A stretch of 64,000 bases of DNA. It comes from Mytilus californianus. Its lineage: Eukaryota. The stretch is taken from assembly GCF_021869535.1 (NCBI RefSeq), contig NW_026262690.1, forward strand, positions 109,306,001 to 109,370,000, written 5' to 3'. This document shows positions 1-11,018 of this stretch, piece after piece. The notes below the pieces were generated by a model, which saw nothing but the letters and a program-made list of their open reading frames with translations, had not been told where the DNA came from and did no database searches. Position 1 is the stretch's first letter. Every line of letters begins with the position of its first letter. Both the position numbers and the translations under genes were made by a program.

Positions 1-701
1 GTTGGACAAACCTTGCAAAGTATGCAAATTTCCCTTAAAAAGACAAAGTTCAACATTTTGTCATTTGTTGAAATATTATAATTAAATAAATCTGACTATT
101 GATTCGAACATGCATGTGATGTTATAATTTGATAGATTTAATACTTGCTATACTGAATATACTTATTGACTTCCCGATTCAAGGGAACAACGAATTTTCA
201 CTAAAACTACAAATTAGCAGTAAAAAAGTTCTTGTCCATCCTGCATTAGTCACATGTTATCTAGATGCCTTTGGTTTTGTGTGTAGTCAATCGACCAGTT
301 GCTGTCTTATTGTATATCCCACATCTCCATTTATTCACAACAAGAAATACCAACATATTTTTTACATACATACTTGTACACTTGTTAGAAAAAATCCTTA
401 TAAGACTGTGAATACCCTCGAGCTTTTTTCCGACGCTTAAGTGAGCAAAATGCCCCTCCACCGAAAAGGTACCTTTGTTTATCGGATGTGAGTCGTTTTG
501 TCTCCTCCCCCTCACCCTATTATTAGTACTTGTACATCATGTCCAACTAAAAACACCAAAAACACTAATCCCCGAAGACCCAAGCGTAGATTACAATGAA
601 TCTAAAATCAAAAAGATTGTAAGATCTTGTTGGTTTTTTTCACCTTGTTTTTGCCATCTGAATAATATAGGCTAAAGAAAATATTACTTTATAATCTATT
701 T

Positions 702-737
702 ACGTTCGAAGCACTTTTCTGGATTTACCTTCATCAA
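702..737 (-). ncRNA. Degenerate type-I hammerhead ribozyme remnant
   Basis: Minus strand reads TTGATGA aggtaaatcca GAAA agtgct TC gaacgt; C3 is mutated and the 5' arm of stem I is lost. Confidence 0.5.
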
Positions 738-2387
738 AGCACCGATTATTTATTTATTGTGGGGACGCTGTTTTTTTAATGAATCATTTGATTGTACATT
801 TCGAGAAAATAATTTAATGTAGAATGGAATTTCAAAAAAAATATCTAACGAGGTCTGAATGATTTAGTTTTAGTTCGTCCTAACTTAGTGCACATTTATC
901 GTTGACATCCCATGTGTTTAAGCCTTTGTTTACCGTCACCTCATTCCGATGTTACAGTCCTGTGTAGACTATGCTTATACGATTACAATGCTTGCACTTT
1001 ATCTTTTTAACAAGCTTCCGAAACTATATCAAAATTCTTCTGAGCCGTCCAATAAATTTCAAAAACTATTTACACTTGGAACATAGGGAAAGTGTTGTTT
1101 GTGTTCGGCCAAATAACCAAGTTCAACTATTCTCCTTTTTCATTCCATGCCTGACAAAATAAAAAAAACGGCTTTTTTTCGGCGACCATTTTAAAACAAA
1201 GGGGTTTCTTAACGGAATTGCAATAATAGTGATACAATTCCCCGTTATTTCACATATTATTCTAGTTTTCTATAATTTGGGTTTCTACTTTCAAAACAAA
1301 ATTTCATCGGGAAACGGCGTGCATCATAACTAAGAATTTATAACGAAAAAATGAACCAACGCAGATTAAGTTTAAAACTCTCAACAGATATAGATAAATC
1401 GTGCAAATGCTTACTTGTCAATAGAATAAAACATTTTAAAAGTATAGATTTAAATGTAAAGAATGAGCAGAAGAATGGGAGGAAGACGACTAAACGATCA
1501 ATGTCAAATAACGTATTGCATCAAATATTTCGGCACTCTGCATCTATGCAAAGTTACAATAAAAAATGTTTAACAAAAATAAACGATTATTTCATTATGT
1601 TTTTAGTTCGCGATACAATTACATGTTTTTGTCGTCAACCTCCAGAAACACGACGGAACCTGCTGCATTGACTGGTATCTAAGAACGTTGTTCAAAAACG
1701 TCTGACAGGAAGGAATACTCATAACGTAACGTCATTGGGTATCGTGTGACCTTAATTAAGAAATTTTTTTGTAATTTTATAGGGTGTAAAATTGTTGATT
1801 GTGCACACATTTTTAGAATAAAGAGCATTCATTTCTTATAATTACATTTTTTATGCTAATAAGACCATAAAAAAATTTCACGAGGATCCGTTAGTTCGAT
1901 TGGATAACAACAATCGCGCGTCATTCAAAAATTGACCTTCATATTAAAATGAAATGTTACTTTGGTGATGACACGTGCTTCCACAAAAAGTGCACAGGTA
2001 AATAAAAGAAAAACTTTATAATTTTTTGTTCATGGTCTTAGCATAAAAATGTAATTATAAGAAATGATGGCTTCTTTTGGTAATTTGATAGGGTTGTAAA
2101 AGTGTTGATCGTGCACACATTTTTATTTACTGGGGTGTAAAAGTGTTGACCGAAGCATCTTTTGTATGAAACGCCGAAGCACTTCATTCTAAAAATGTGT
2201 GCACGATCAACACTTTTACACCGCAATAAAATTACTAATTGCATGTAATGTAATTATACTAGTAAAATATTCAGAAGCGGGCAATAATATTCATGATAGG
2301 ACCGAGTTCGACGAATTAGCATTGGTAACAATTATTATCTTTTTTAACTTTTACAGATGTATGTAGTACTATTATCGAGTTTTTTCA

Positions 2388-2662
2388 GGCTACATATACA
2401 GCAAAAGTATCAGTGTCATTAATCATGAAGAGAGTTATCTTTGGCTACATATACAGCAAAAGTATCAGTGTCATTAATCATGGAGAGAGTTATCTTTGGC
2501 TACATATACAGCAAAAGTATCAGTGTCATTAATCATGGAGAGAGTTATCTTTGGCTACATATACAGCAAAAGTATCAGTGTCAGTAATCATGAAGAGAGT
2601 TATCTTTGGCTACATATACAGCAAAAGTATCAGTGTCAGTAATCATGAAGAGAGTTATCTTT
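2388..2662 (+). repeat. 55-bp minisatellite, 5 copies (copy A intron 1)
   Basis: GGCTACATATACAGCAAAAGTATCAGTGTCATTAATCATGAAGAGAGTTATCTTT starts at 2388, 2443, 2498, 2553, 2608. Confidence 0.95.
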
Positions 2663-3289
2663 TTACTGCATTGAATTTGTTCGTTAAATTAGTAAAATAC
2701 CAAAATAATCATTTATGCAGCACGGTTATATTTATTTTGTTATTTATAAGTTTTGTGTTTATTTTTCTTATAATGGCCGTTCTAAGTTTGAGTGAAACCT
2801 TGTACTCATATACCAGATATCCTTATTTGAACTTGATATCAAGAAGAAAAGTGAGAACGAAAATCACTGGTTCATTAGACTATTGATTTGATAGGGAATA
2901 TAGTAGAACACATATTAGATACATGTATCAAGGTTGATTAGGGCTTTTATGAGAGCAAAACCTTCAGAACTAGATATCAAGTATGAATGGATCTTAAGAG
3001 AACATAGGCTTCATGACTAGACGTCAAGTTTGAATAGGGCGTTTCAGAGAACGCATATTTTTAGAAGAACACAGACTTGACAGTATTAAAACATGTAAAA
3101 GTAAAGTTTGAATAGTGTGTTTTTGAAGAATTGTGAATTTTTTTTTTAATAACAAAGACTTCCCTTTTAGATATAAATTTTGAAGAGGGCTAATTGAGGA
3201 ATAAAAACGGCAGTGCTATACATATCAAGTTGTAACAGGGCTTTGGTTTATATTCACAACTAACTTGTATAGACGTCAGACTTTACTAC

Positions 3290-3930
3290 ATTCCCGCAAA
3301 CAAAGTTTAGGGGTATATAGTTAAGGAATCACAATGCCCGTATGTCTATCTGTCTGTTTGTCTGCCAGTCCCGCTTTGTGTCTGGTGCATAACATTTGTA
3401 TCGTAACACTTAGCTCAACCAACTTCGTATGCAGTTGCATCATGTGCTGGGACTGTGTCAAATACCAAAGTCAGGTCACTTTGACCTTAACTTTGACTCA
3501 TCTGATAGTTAAACCTTGTCCAATTCGTGTCCGACTCATACATTTTGTTCCGTAAGACTTAGGTTAACCAAACTTAGTATGCAGTTGCATCATGGACTGG
3601 GGATGTGTCACATACTAAAGTAAGGTTATTCTGACCTTGACTTTGACCTTTGACCACTATGATAGTAAAACGTTATCCAATTCGTTTCATAGCTTTTGTA
3701 CTTTTAAACTTAGGTTAACCAAACTTGGTATGCAGCTGCATCATGGGCTTTGGGTGTGTCATATACCAAAGTCAGATAACTGTGACCTTTTTTACCTTGG
3801 AGTCCTATGATAGTAAAGCATTGCCTTATTTGTTTTTGTGTAGCATAACTTTTGTATTGTAGCACTTAGATTGACAAAATGTTATATGCAGAAGCATCAT
3901 ACTGACCTTGACCTATAATTTCTGAATTTA
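3290..3930 (+). mobile_element. HINE-like non-autonomous element with (CTGT)n tract and internal degenerate tandem repeats; paralogs at ~22200-22975 and ~54790-55230
   Basis: CCCGCAAACAAAGTT..GGG head, tctgtctgt microsatellite, recurring GTTAACCAAACTT..TATGCAGTTGCATCAT..GACCTTGAC units. Confidence 0.55.
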
Positions 3931-3980
3931 CAGCTCTATTTATGATTTTTTTGTAGTCACTATTTATAAAAAAATAGTAC

Positions 3981-4254
3981 TTGGCTTAAGAATTGGGTTG
4001 TTTTAGCTATTGGAGTTGACTGGGTTTATGTAGGAATTGGTATTGTGTTAGCTAAAAGATCTAGAGTTGACTGGTCTTATGTAAGAAGTGGGATTGTGTT
4101 AGCTAATATGTTGACTGGGATTAAGTTAAAAATTGGGATTGTGTTAACAAATGGAGATGGTTGGGTTTATGTTGGGAGTTGGATTGTGTTTTCTAATAGA
4201 GATTATTGGTTTTATGTAGGCAGTGGGATTGTGTTTGCTAATGGAGATGATTGG
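3981..4254 (+). repeat. ~45-bp degenerate minisatellite overlapping the exon-2 acceptor (copy A); also 23241-23512 (B) and ~55480-55770 (C)
   Basis: Unit ~TGGGTTTATGTAGGCAGTGGGATTGTGTTTGCTAATGGAGATGAT ([15 protein letters not shown]), about 6 copies; the last copy contains the exon start. Confidence 0.85.
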
Positions 4255-4454
4255 AAGGATAGGAGACGATTCTTAATACAAGCAATGCGAGATTTTGGTG
4301 TAGGAAGATCTTCGATGGAAGAAAATATTATAGAAGAAATACAGAATGTCGCAGACGATCTGGAAAAAATGAAAGGAGCGGAGATAACCAATTTAAATGA
4401 AATGATGATAAAGGCTAGCTGCAATGTTATACATAGTCTTATATTCGGATATAG
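4220..4454 (+). CDS. P450 copy A exon 2
   Basis: tatgtag|GC AGT GGG ([13 protein letters not shown]...LIFGYR) ending AG|gtaagt; 235 nt; start slightly uncertain because of the upstream minisatellite. Confidence 0.85.
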
Positions 4455-7400
4455 GTAAGTTCTTATCTGTTACATGTACCAGTGTTTTGCATAGCCTTTT
4501 ATCGGATTAGGTAAAATGTTGTCTGCTCCATTTATTGGTGTTACATACTCAACCTCATATTCAAATATATGCAAGTAATTGTCTGCTCTATTTATCGATC
4601 CTGAACAGATATAGGTAATTGTTTGTCTGCTATACACAGACAAATAAAGATATGGTAGATGAAACCCAGGTGTGTGGTATAAGCACCTCTTTTTATGCAT
4701 CGCCCGTTTTGCCATCAGTGTGGCAGTGTGGGATACGCATCTCTCAGAATAGAATATGCACCTCTTGTTATGTATGACCTGTTACGTATTGAGAGCAGTA
4801 ATCCTAACCACTTTCCATGTGAACAGTATGGGATAAGCATCTATTCTTATGTATCACATGTCATTTATTGAACAGTCTTCGTAAAGAATCTCATATTCGT
4901 ATGTATTATCAGCGTTCATATATTAAGCATTTATGGTAATACATGGCCAGCTATGTATTAAAAACAATGTAGGATAAGTTTCACTTGATATGTATTGCAT
5001 GTCATGCATTGGAATAGTGTGGGATAATCAACTCTTGATGTGTTTCACATGTCAAGTATTAAGAACAGTGTGGGATAAACATCTCTTGTTATGTATCACA
5101 TATCATGAATTGATAACAGTATGGGATAAGCATCTTTTGTACGTATTCCTGTTATGTATTTAAAAATAGTGTGGGATAAGCATCGCTTGTTATGTATCAC
5201 ATGTCACGTATTGAGAACAGTATGGGATAAGCATCATTCTCTTGTTATACATATATTACATGTAATGTATTGAAAACTGTGGAATAAGCTTGTAATGTAT
5301 CACATGCCATGAGTTGAGAACAGTATGGGATAAGCATCTCTTGTTATGTATCACATGTCATGAATTGAGAACACTATGGGATAAGTATCTATTTTACGTA
5401 TTCCTGTTATTTATCGAGAACAGTTTAGAATAAGAATCTATAATTGCTATATATCTACTTTTATCTGGTGTATCCTTATTTCATGCTTAATGCGATAGAG
5501 TCGATCAACATAGTCACCAAACTTTTAAATATATAATCACGGAGAAGACATAATATTTATAGCAGATCAGTTTGAAGTATAGTCAACACCCATTAAAATA
5601 CCTTCTGTTTGTGTGCCTAGTAATTCATGCAGCTTAGCAAATATATTCATATCTGTTATGTATTTTTTCTTGACAAAAAGGTTTTTTTTAAGTTATGACA
5701 AGAATTGCTGTTTGCATTAGTCAGTATGCTGTATACATGTATAAAATTAGAATGGATTGTCAAGAAAATACGGTTTCTAATCAATGACATAAACTTCACT
5801 TTCGGCATAGCAGAGAAGTACAAATCTAGATTACAGAGCTGTGACATACCTGTATTTTATTTTTTATGGTTAATTTTTCGTATATGTTGCATTTTTATCT
5901 TTCAGGTACAAACATGACAACGAATCCCTTCAAAAACTCATCAAGACAATGGACAACATCTTTTCAGGTCCTGGTTCTTTATCAGCGTCGGGAATATTTC
6001 CGATTCTGAATTTAATAAGGGTAATTTGGTGCATACTCGTATCTAATAGCTGTATAATAGTTAGAACTTTTTAATTTTCATAAGTTAAAGGTTAATACAG
6101 TATAATTGCATAAATGATAAGAGGTAAAACATATGACTAATGTCAGATTACTGTCCAAGTTTCTCATCAACAAAATGACAAAGTGCTTTTCGGTGTCGTC
6201 GTCGTTGATGTTAGCCATTTAGACCATGTGTTCAAAGCTTCATGCTTACTGTTTGTCATCATGTATAGTTGACCTATTCATACAACAATTTTCATTTACA
6301 AATTTACAGGAGTTATAGGACATTGATGATTTCTTCGTAAATGTTTGCATTTGGGATAAATACACTCTGATACCTTTTGCATTCCTCCTGACAACTGAAA
6401 TTACATGACAATTTGGTAACCACTTTAGGGTATCACAGTGGGGTTGTTTTGCCCTTATAATTGGTCACCACTGGAGAGTATTACAATATAGCTGTTTTTT
6501 TTCTGCAGTATATTAATACAGACTTATCATTTCGTAATAGTGTTGGGAATGTGTTCATTGACCATTAATCATATATATGTAATATATATTGTATTTTATT
6601 ATCGTTTCAGAAAGACTTTAAAGATCTTAAGATGAGGAGTGAAGGGTTTTCTACTCTAAAAAAGTATATTGAAAAACGCATAACCGAACACCGAGAGTCA
6701 TTTGACCCAGAAAACATTCGGGACTTTATAGATATGTATCTGGTAGCCGAAAAAGAAGAGAGTGAAAGGACGTCCGTTTTGAATCGTAAGTTTAAAGATG
6801 ACGCTTTATTACAGCGCCCAACAAAATAGCTCAAACTCATACGACGATATATTTTGTCTACCGGTACTGTGGTAACTAATTCACCCTTTCAGAATGTAAT
6901 GTATTCTTGGTAATACTTTCAAAAGTGTACACCAAAACGTTGTGATTGGCTTACATCGTCCTAAACAATGGGAATTCTACTAATGACGTGATGTTATTTC
7001 ATTATGGGGAACGAACAGGGAAATTATCCATAATCCTTTAGATTCTAAAACGGCAAATAGGTGTTGTGTGGTGGTTTCAATCTAATCACGGGGTGTATCA
7101 CAAAGTGTTGAGACAAAGTTCCCTCGCTTGCCAGTGAGTTTCAATTTTTCTCCACACCGACGAAATACTATTTTTAGGTAAAAAAAAGACGATCAGGTTT
7201 GGTATATACCAGTGTTGGTAACAAACCCAATATTTGGAATTGTTTCTGAAATATCATTGATTGTACCTAATTTCAAGACTAATTTAAAAGTATTTGTAGC
7301 TACATGTATATTAATATATGTAATTGGAGGGTCAAAAGTGACAAGAAAATCTTCAACTTCGATTGTGTCTGAAAACTGCAATTTATGGGGCCCTTTATAG

Positions 7401-10400
7401 CTTGCTATTCGGTGTGAGCCAAGGCTCCGTGTTGAAGGCCGTACTTTGACCTATAATGGTTTACTTTTACAAATTGTGACTTGGATGGAGGGTTGTCTCA
7501 TTGGCACTCATACCACATCTTCTTATATCTACAACTAGTCTCGGAAATGAGTGGTTTTGCCTTTCTTCAAGAATGTTCCGTTTTTAAGTTTATAGTTACT
7601 TAAAAGAGCCTTTTTCTACTTTATTTGCTCGGTAAGAAAGATTTTTCTGTAATATTTCCTTAAAGTTAGCATATTGTATCCTATCGTTTTCGTATTTTCT
7701 TAGTAACTTAGTGACTACCATATTCCTGACTTTTCATGTAATCAGTAACTTACACCCTTCTCTCATAAACATAGATCTCCTTCAAGTCAAAATCTTAGAA
7801 CATTAAACTTTCCAATTCATTAGCAACTAGGATCTTTTAGATATCCTTACATTTTAGTCAGTAACATATAACCTTTTGTTTTGCTTTTGTTGTCCCAGTT
7901 TTTACGAATCCCTAGCTTTCTTATTTTTAGGAATATCTTGCATTATATACATCTCTTACGATTGTAGCGGTGGCGTTTTTAACCTCAATCATAGATTTGT
8001 TTGCTGCTGGAACATACACGACTTCAACTACGCTTAATTGGTCATTCTTATGGATGATTCAGTACCCGGATGTACAAAAGAGGTGCCAAGAAGAAATTAC
8101 AAAGGCAAGCATAATGTTTCAAATAAATAATGTTTTGCTTAGTATACATACTATATACAAATAGTTGACAAAAATGTATTTGAATTATCATTGGTATTAA
8201 TGAATAAACGCGTTACATTACCATAGGCTTTACACTTTACATGTTGCTCGTTTTGCGCAACGTGACTTGTGTCACTAGCTGAGCTGGAACTGCTTACTCG
8301 TCAGGAAAGCCTTGTTTTTTTTTTAATTTGGATCATTCTGCTGAATTTTAATTTTCCCTTTCATTGGTTTGTAGTATTTTGTTTGTCTTTTCGTCGTATT
8401 TCTTTTGTCTTTTGTCTTCAACTTATGATTGTTTAGTGCTCCATGGTTTTTTCCCTATTTTAAGACCAATTGAGAATTGATAATTTGATGAACTTTGCTT
8501 TATTATATGTTTCCACCGAAATATATACAATTCTCGGCAATGGTAAGTTTGTCCTGCTTACTCCAGTGCTCGGTAAGGGTTAGGTGTTCCTGATAACTCA
8601 GGTGCTCTCTTTAGGTAAGTTGTTTCTGTTAATTCCAGCGCTGGATAAGTGAATGTAGTTCCTGTTCCTGTTAGCTAAGAGGATCGTTTATTGTAATTAG
8701 GTCCTTTTGAATAAGGTGCTTGGTAGGGTAAGTCGTTCCTTCTTACATAAGTGTTCCGTGAGTAGTTCTCCTAGGCGGATTTAAGGGGGCAAAGGTGCCA
8801 GCCCCCACCCCCTCCTTTTGTTGGAAAAAAATGGTTGATTATTTAGGGACCACTTAAGCATGACTTGAGCAGGCCCCTCTTAAAGCAGTCATTGGGGCCC
8901 CCTTATGAAAATTTCTGGATCGATCACTGGTTCTAGTCTACCCAGATGCTCGCTAAGGGTGAATAGTTCTTATACTACTTAGGAGAATGATAAATAAGTG
9001 ATAACTAAGGTGATTAGTAATTCACCACACTGTACTTACTTTTAGGTAATAGGATCAGGTAGAATGGTTCGATTATCTGATAGACGTCATTTGTCCTACA
9101 CCGAGGCTACTTTAATGGAAATACAAAGACTGTCAAATACAGGTAGGCAAATAATGTTCCAATCATCAGAATCACTAGTAAATACAAAGACTGGGCTGAT
9201 ATGAATAAAACCACTTAAGTTAAGATATCCAATAGAAAAAGTGAACAGAACTGACGGCAAAGTACTTCTGATTATAGAGATAAGAATTAAGGAGCCAACA
9301 AAAACCTCTTGTACTCACTTACCATCAGGGTTTCAAAAATGTGTTATCCATTGTTCGAAAGCAGTGGAATACTTTTAGAACGTAAATACAAACTTGATAT
9401 GACCTCTACAAGCTAAATATTTGAACTAAAAAAATAACATTACTATTTGGACTTTCATTTTTTACAGCCATTTTTTGCTTTGTGCACATTGCAGTTTTTG
9501 TAGCATGTGTATTTACTTCTATCTTTTTACAGCTAGTTTTGCTCTTCCCCATGTAGCAGTTTGTGATACAACAATCAATGGCTTCAAAGTACCTAAAAAT
9601 ACCATTATCATTCCAAGCCTGATCTCTGCACATTTTGATGAAACAATTTGGGGAGACCCGAAGGAGTTTAATCCAGGGAGGTTTCTAAATCAAAACAATG
9701 ACATAATCAACAAAGAATATTTGATACCTTTTTCATTAGGTACGTATATTAAATAACAAATATTAGTTTAAACACATATACATTTCTTTTCGAGAAGCAT
9801 TGAAGCAAGCCTGTGTGTTATTGAAATTTAAAAAAATGGATTTTTTATTGAGTGTTTGTTTTTGTGCCATTTGCAACGAAAGTTGCATTGGGCGAGACAT
9901 TGGTAGTATATTTTTTTTATTTGTGCCTTGGTACTCATTGTCAGCTTACTCTGTCGTCATTTTCATTCTTCAGCGGTCAGAGTAAATGTGATTTATTCAT
10001 CAATTGCTTTATATAAAAGGTTACCAATATTTTATTACCTGAATTGTACGGTCTAGTTAGGAGAAGTGTAGTCCATTATTTATTTAAGATTTGTTTCACT
10101 TGCCTACGTACTTGCTGTTAAGATCGTTAGTCAATGATTATTTTAGTTTTGTTTTGCAAATGCAAGTACCTGCCCATGGTTATTGTTCATTTGTCTATTC
10201 TGTTGAGTCCTTTTTTGTCAAATAGCTCCTAACGTTGTAGTGTATTTACGCATCCCTGGCTGTCATATGTTGAGGTTTGAGCTCATGATAAACGTAAATC
10301 TAGAAAGCCCGTGGATTTTGAGCCCAAGATGGTATCATCAGCTCCGTAGTTAGTGCTTCGGTTACGACACGGTTTATGCCATATGCTTATTTCAAATTAC

Positions 10401-10848
10401 CTGTTCATAAATTAAGAAATTATTAAGAAACTAGGGTTTCAACTCCCTCAGGTTAAGTTGACCTTGGATAAATTTGGCTATTCTGTTTAGGACTTTTTTG
10501 GTCATATAGATCTTAACGTTGCAGTGTATTTACGCATCTCTGACTTTTAAATGTTAAGGTTTGAGAATTCATGATGAAGGTAAATGGAAAATAAATCTCT
10601 TTGGAGACATAACATTTATAATGTGTTTACTTACTTTACTCACTGACTGATTTAGTTTTTGTATTACAGGCCCACGGATCTGCCCTGGTGAATCGATAGC
10701 ACGGTCAGAATTGTTTCTGATCTTTTCAAACCTTCTACATAGATTTGAATTCTCTAAAGTCGATCTACGTGATATCTTATCATTTGAAGGGATAACTGGG
10801 TTAACAATGACACCATCGCCATACCGACTTAAAGCTGATTTGAGATAA
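4220..10848 (+). CDS. CYP2-clan cytochrome P450, copy A (exons 2-8; exon 1 upstream of window)
   Basis: Seven phase-compatible exons: 4220-4454, 5906-6020, 6611-6785, 7968-8104, 9046-9142, 9533-9739, 10670-10848. Motifs: WxxxR (WKDRRR), I-helix AGTYTT, K-helix EIQR, PGRF, heme motif FSLGPRICPG, stop TAA at 10846-10848. The window start is homologous to intron 1 of copy B. Confidence 0.93.
4730..5440 (+). repeat. Degenerate ~51-bp satellite in intron 2 (copy A); also ~23970-24810 (B) and ~56230-56930 (C)
   Basis: Recurring TGTTATGTATCACATGTCATGTATTGAGAACAGTATGGGATAAGCATCTCT; TGGGATAAG spacing of 51 nt (5172 to 5223). Confidence 0.85.
5906..6020 (+). CDS. P450 copy A exon 3
   Basis: tctttcag|G TAC AAA CAT ([23 protein letters not shown]...NLIR)|gtaatt; 115 nt. 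Confidence 0.9.
6611..6785 (+). CDS. P450 copy A exon 4
   Basis: tttcag|AAA GAC (KDFKDLKM...[18 protein letters not shown]...VLN)C|gtaagt; 175 nt. Confidence 0.92.
7378..7530 (+). mobile_element. Copy-A-specific insertion of an abundant interspersed repeat (3' end ...GTTGTCTCATTGGCACTCATACCACATCTTCTTATATCT)
   Basis: Absent from the orthologous site in B (AAAACT|ACAACTAG, ~26870). The same family occurs at 25024-25129, 58948-59340, ~43800-43900 and ~44180-44230. Confidence 0.75.
7968..8104 (+). CDS. P450 copy A exon 5 (I-helix)
   Basis: ttgtag|CG GTG ... [37 protein letters not shown]|gcaagc (GC donor); 137 nt. Confidence 0.9.
8770..8929. mobile_element. ~160-bp MITE-like insertion in copy A intron 5
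   Basis: Absent from B (empty site ~28145). Degenerate ends GGCGGAT... and ...TGGATCGATCACTG; flanked by GTTCT at 8765-8769 and 8930-8934. Confidence 0.6.
9046..9142 (+). CDS. P450 copy A exon 6 (K-helix ExxR)
   Basis: ttttag|[33 protein letters not shown]|gtaggc; 97 nt. Confidence 0.92.
9230..9400 (+). pseudogene. Decayed Penelope-like retroelement coding fragment in intron 6 (copy A); paralog ~29095-29280 (B)
   Basis: Translates [22 protein letters not shown] (A) and [24 protein letters not shown] (B), resembling the PLVLTYHP linker between RT and GIY-YIG in Penelope-like elements; has frameshifts and stops. Confidence 0.55.
9533..9739 (+). CDS. P450 copy A exon 7
   Basis: tttacag|CT...[20 protein letters not shown]...[13 protein letters not shown]...LIPFSL G|gtacgt; 207 nt. 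Confidence 0.93.
10229..10590 (+). mobile_element. Degenerate retrozyme-like monomer bounded by two decayed hammerhead cores, intron 7 of copy A; paralog 29895-30325 in B
   Basis: Direct repeat AACGTTG..GTATTTACGCATC..TTTGAG..ATGATGAAGGTAAAT; core spacing is 352 nt in B (29951, 30303) and 286 nt in A (10285, 10571). Confidence 0.6.
10670..10848 (+). CDS. P450 copy A exon 8 (heme Cys, stop)
   Basis: attacag|GC CCA CGG ATC TGC ([28 protein letters not shown]...YRLKADLR*). Confidence 0.93.
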
Positions 10849-11012
10849 ATTGATGTTATGTGTGTACATCCAACATGTCAAACAGAACAGGATCTTAGAA
10901 TACATGTACTTAATTTCATATTGTTTGAACTTATATGTATCAATTAATGTGACATTTTTTTCTATATATATTTGATCATAGGATGCAATCGTTTGAAATT
11001 CAATTGAAATTT

Positions 11013-11018
11013 AATAAA
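11013..11018 (+). promoter_or_regulatory. Candidate polyadenylation signal of copy A
   Basis: AATAAA 165 nt after the stop; the homologous site in copy B reads ATGAAA. Weak evidence in AT-rich DNA. Confidence 0.3.

Noticed and set aside
2388-2662. Regular direct-repeat array as a possible CRISPR
   Set aside because: Units are contiguous with no unique spacers, there are no cas genes, and the context is a eukaryotic intron; it is a minisatellite.
2551-2886. 111-aa ORF
   Set aside because: It begins inside the 55-bp VNTR and has low-complexity hydrophobic composition typical of AT-rich noise.
3945-3956. Conserved T-rich AG upstream of the minisatellite as the true exon-2 acceptor
   Set aside because: Using it gives in-frame stops within 50 nt in A and B.
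4212-4424. Conserved 70-aa minus-strand ORF in all three copies (also 23470-23682 and 55729-55941)
   Set aside because: It is the antisense shadow of exon 2, and its conservation is explained by the P450 frame.
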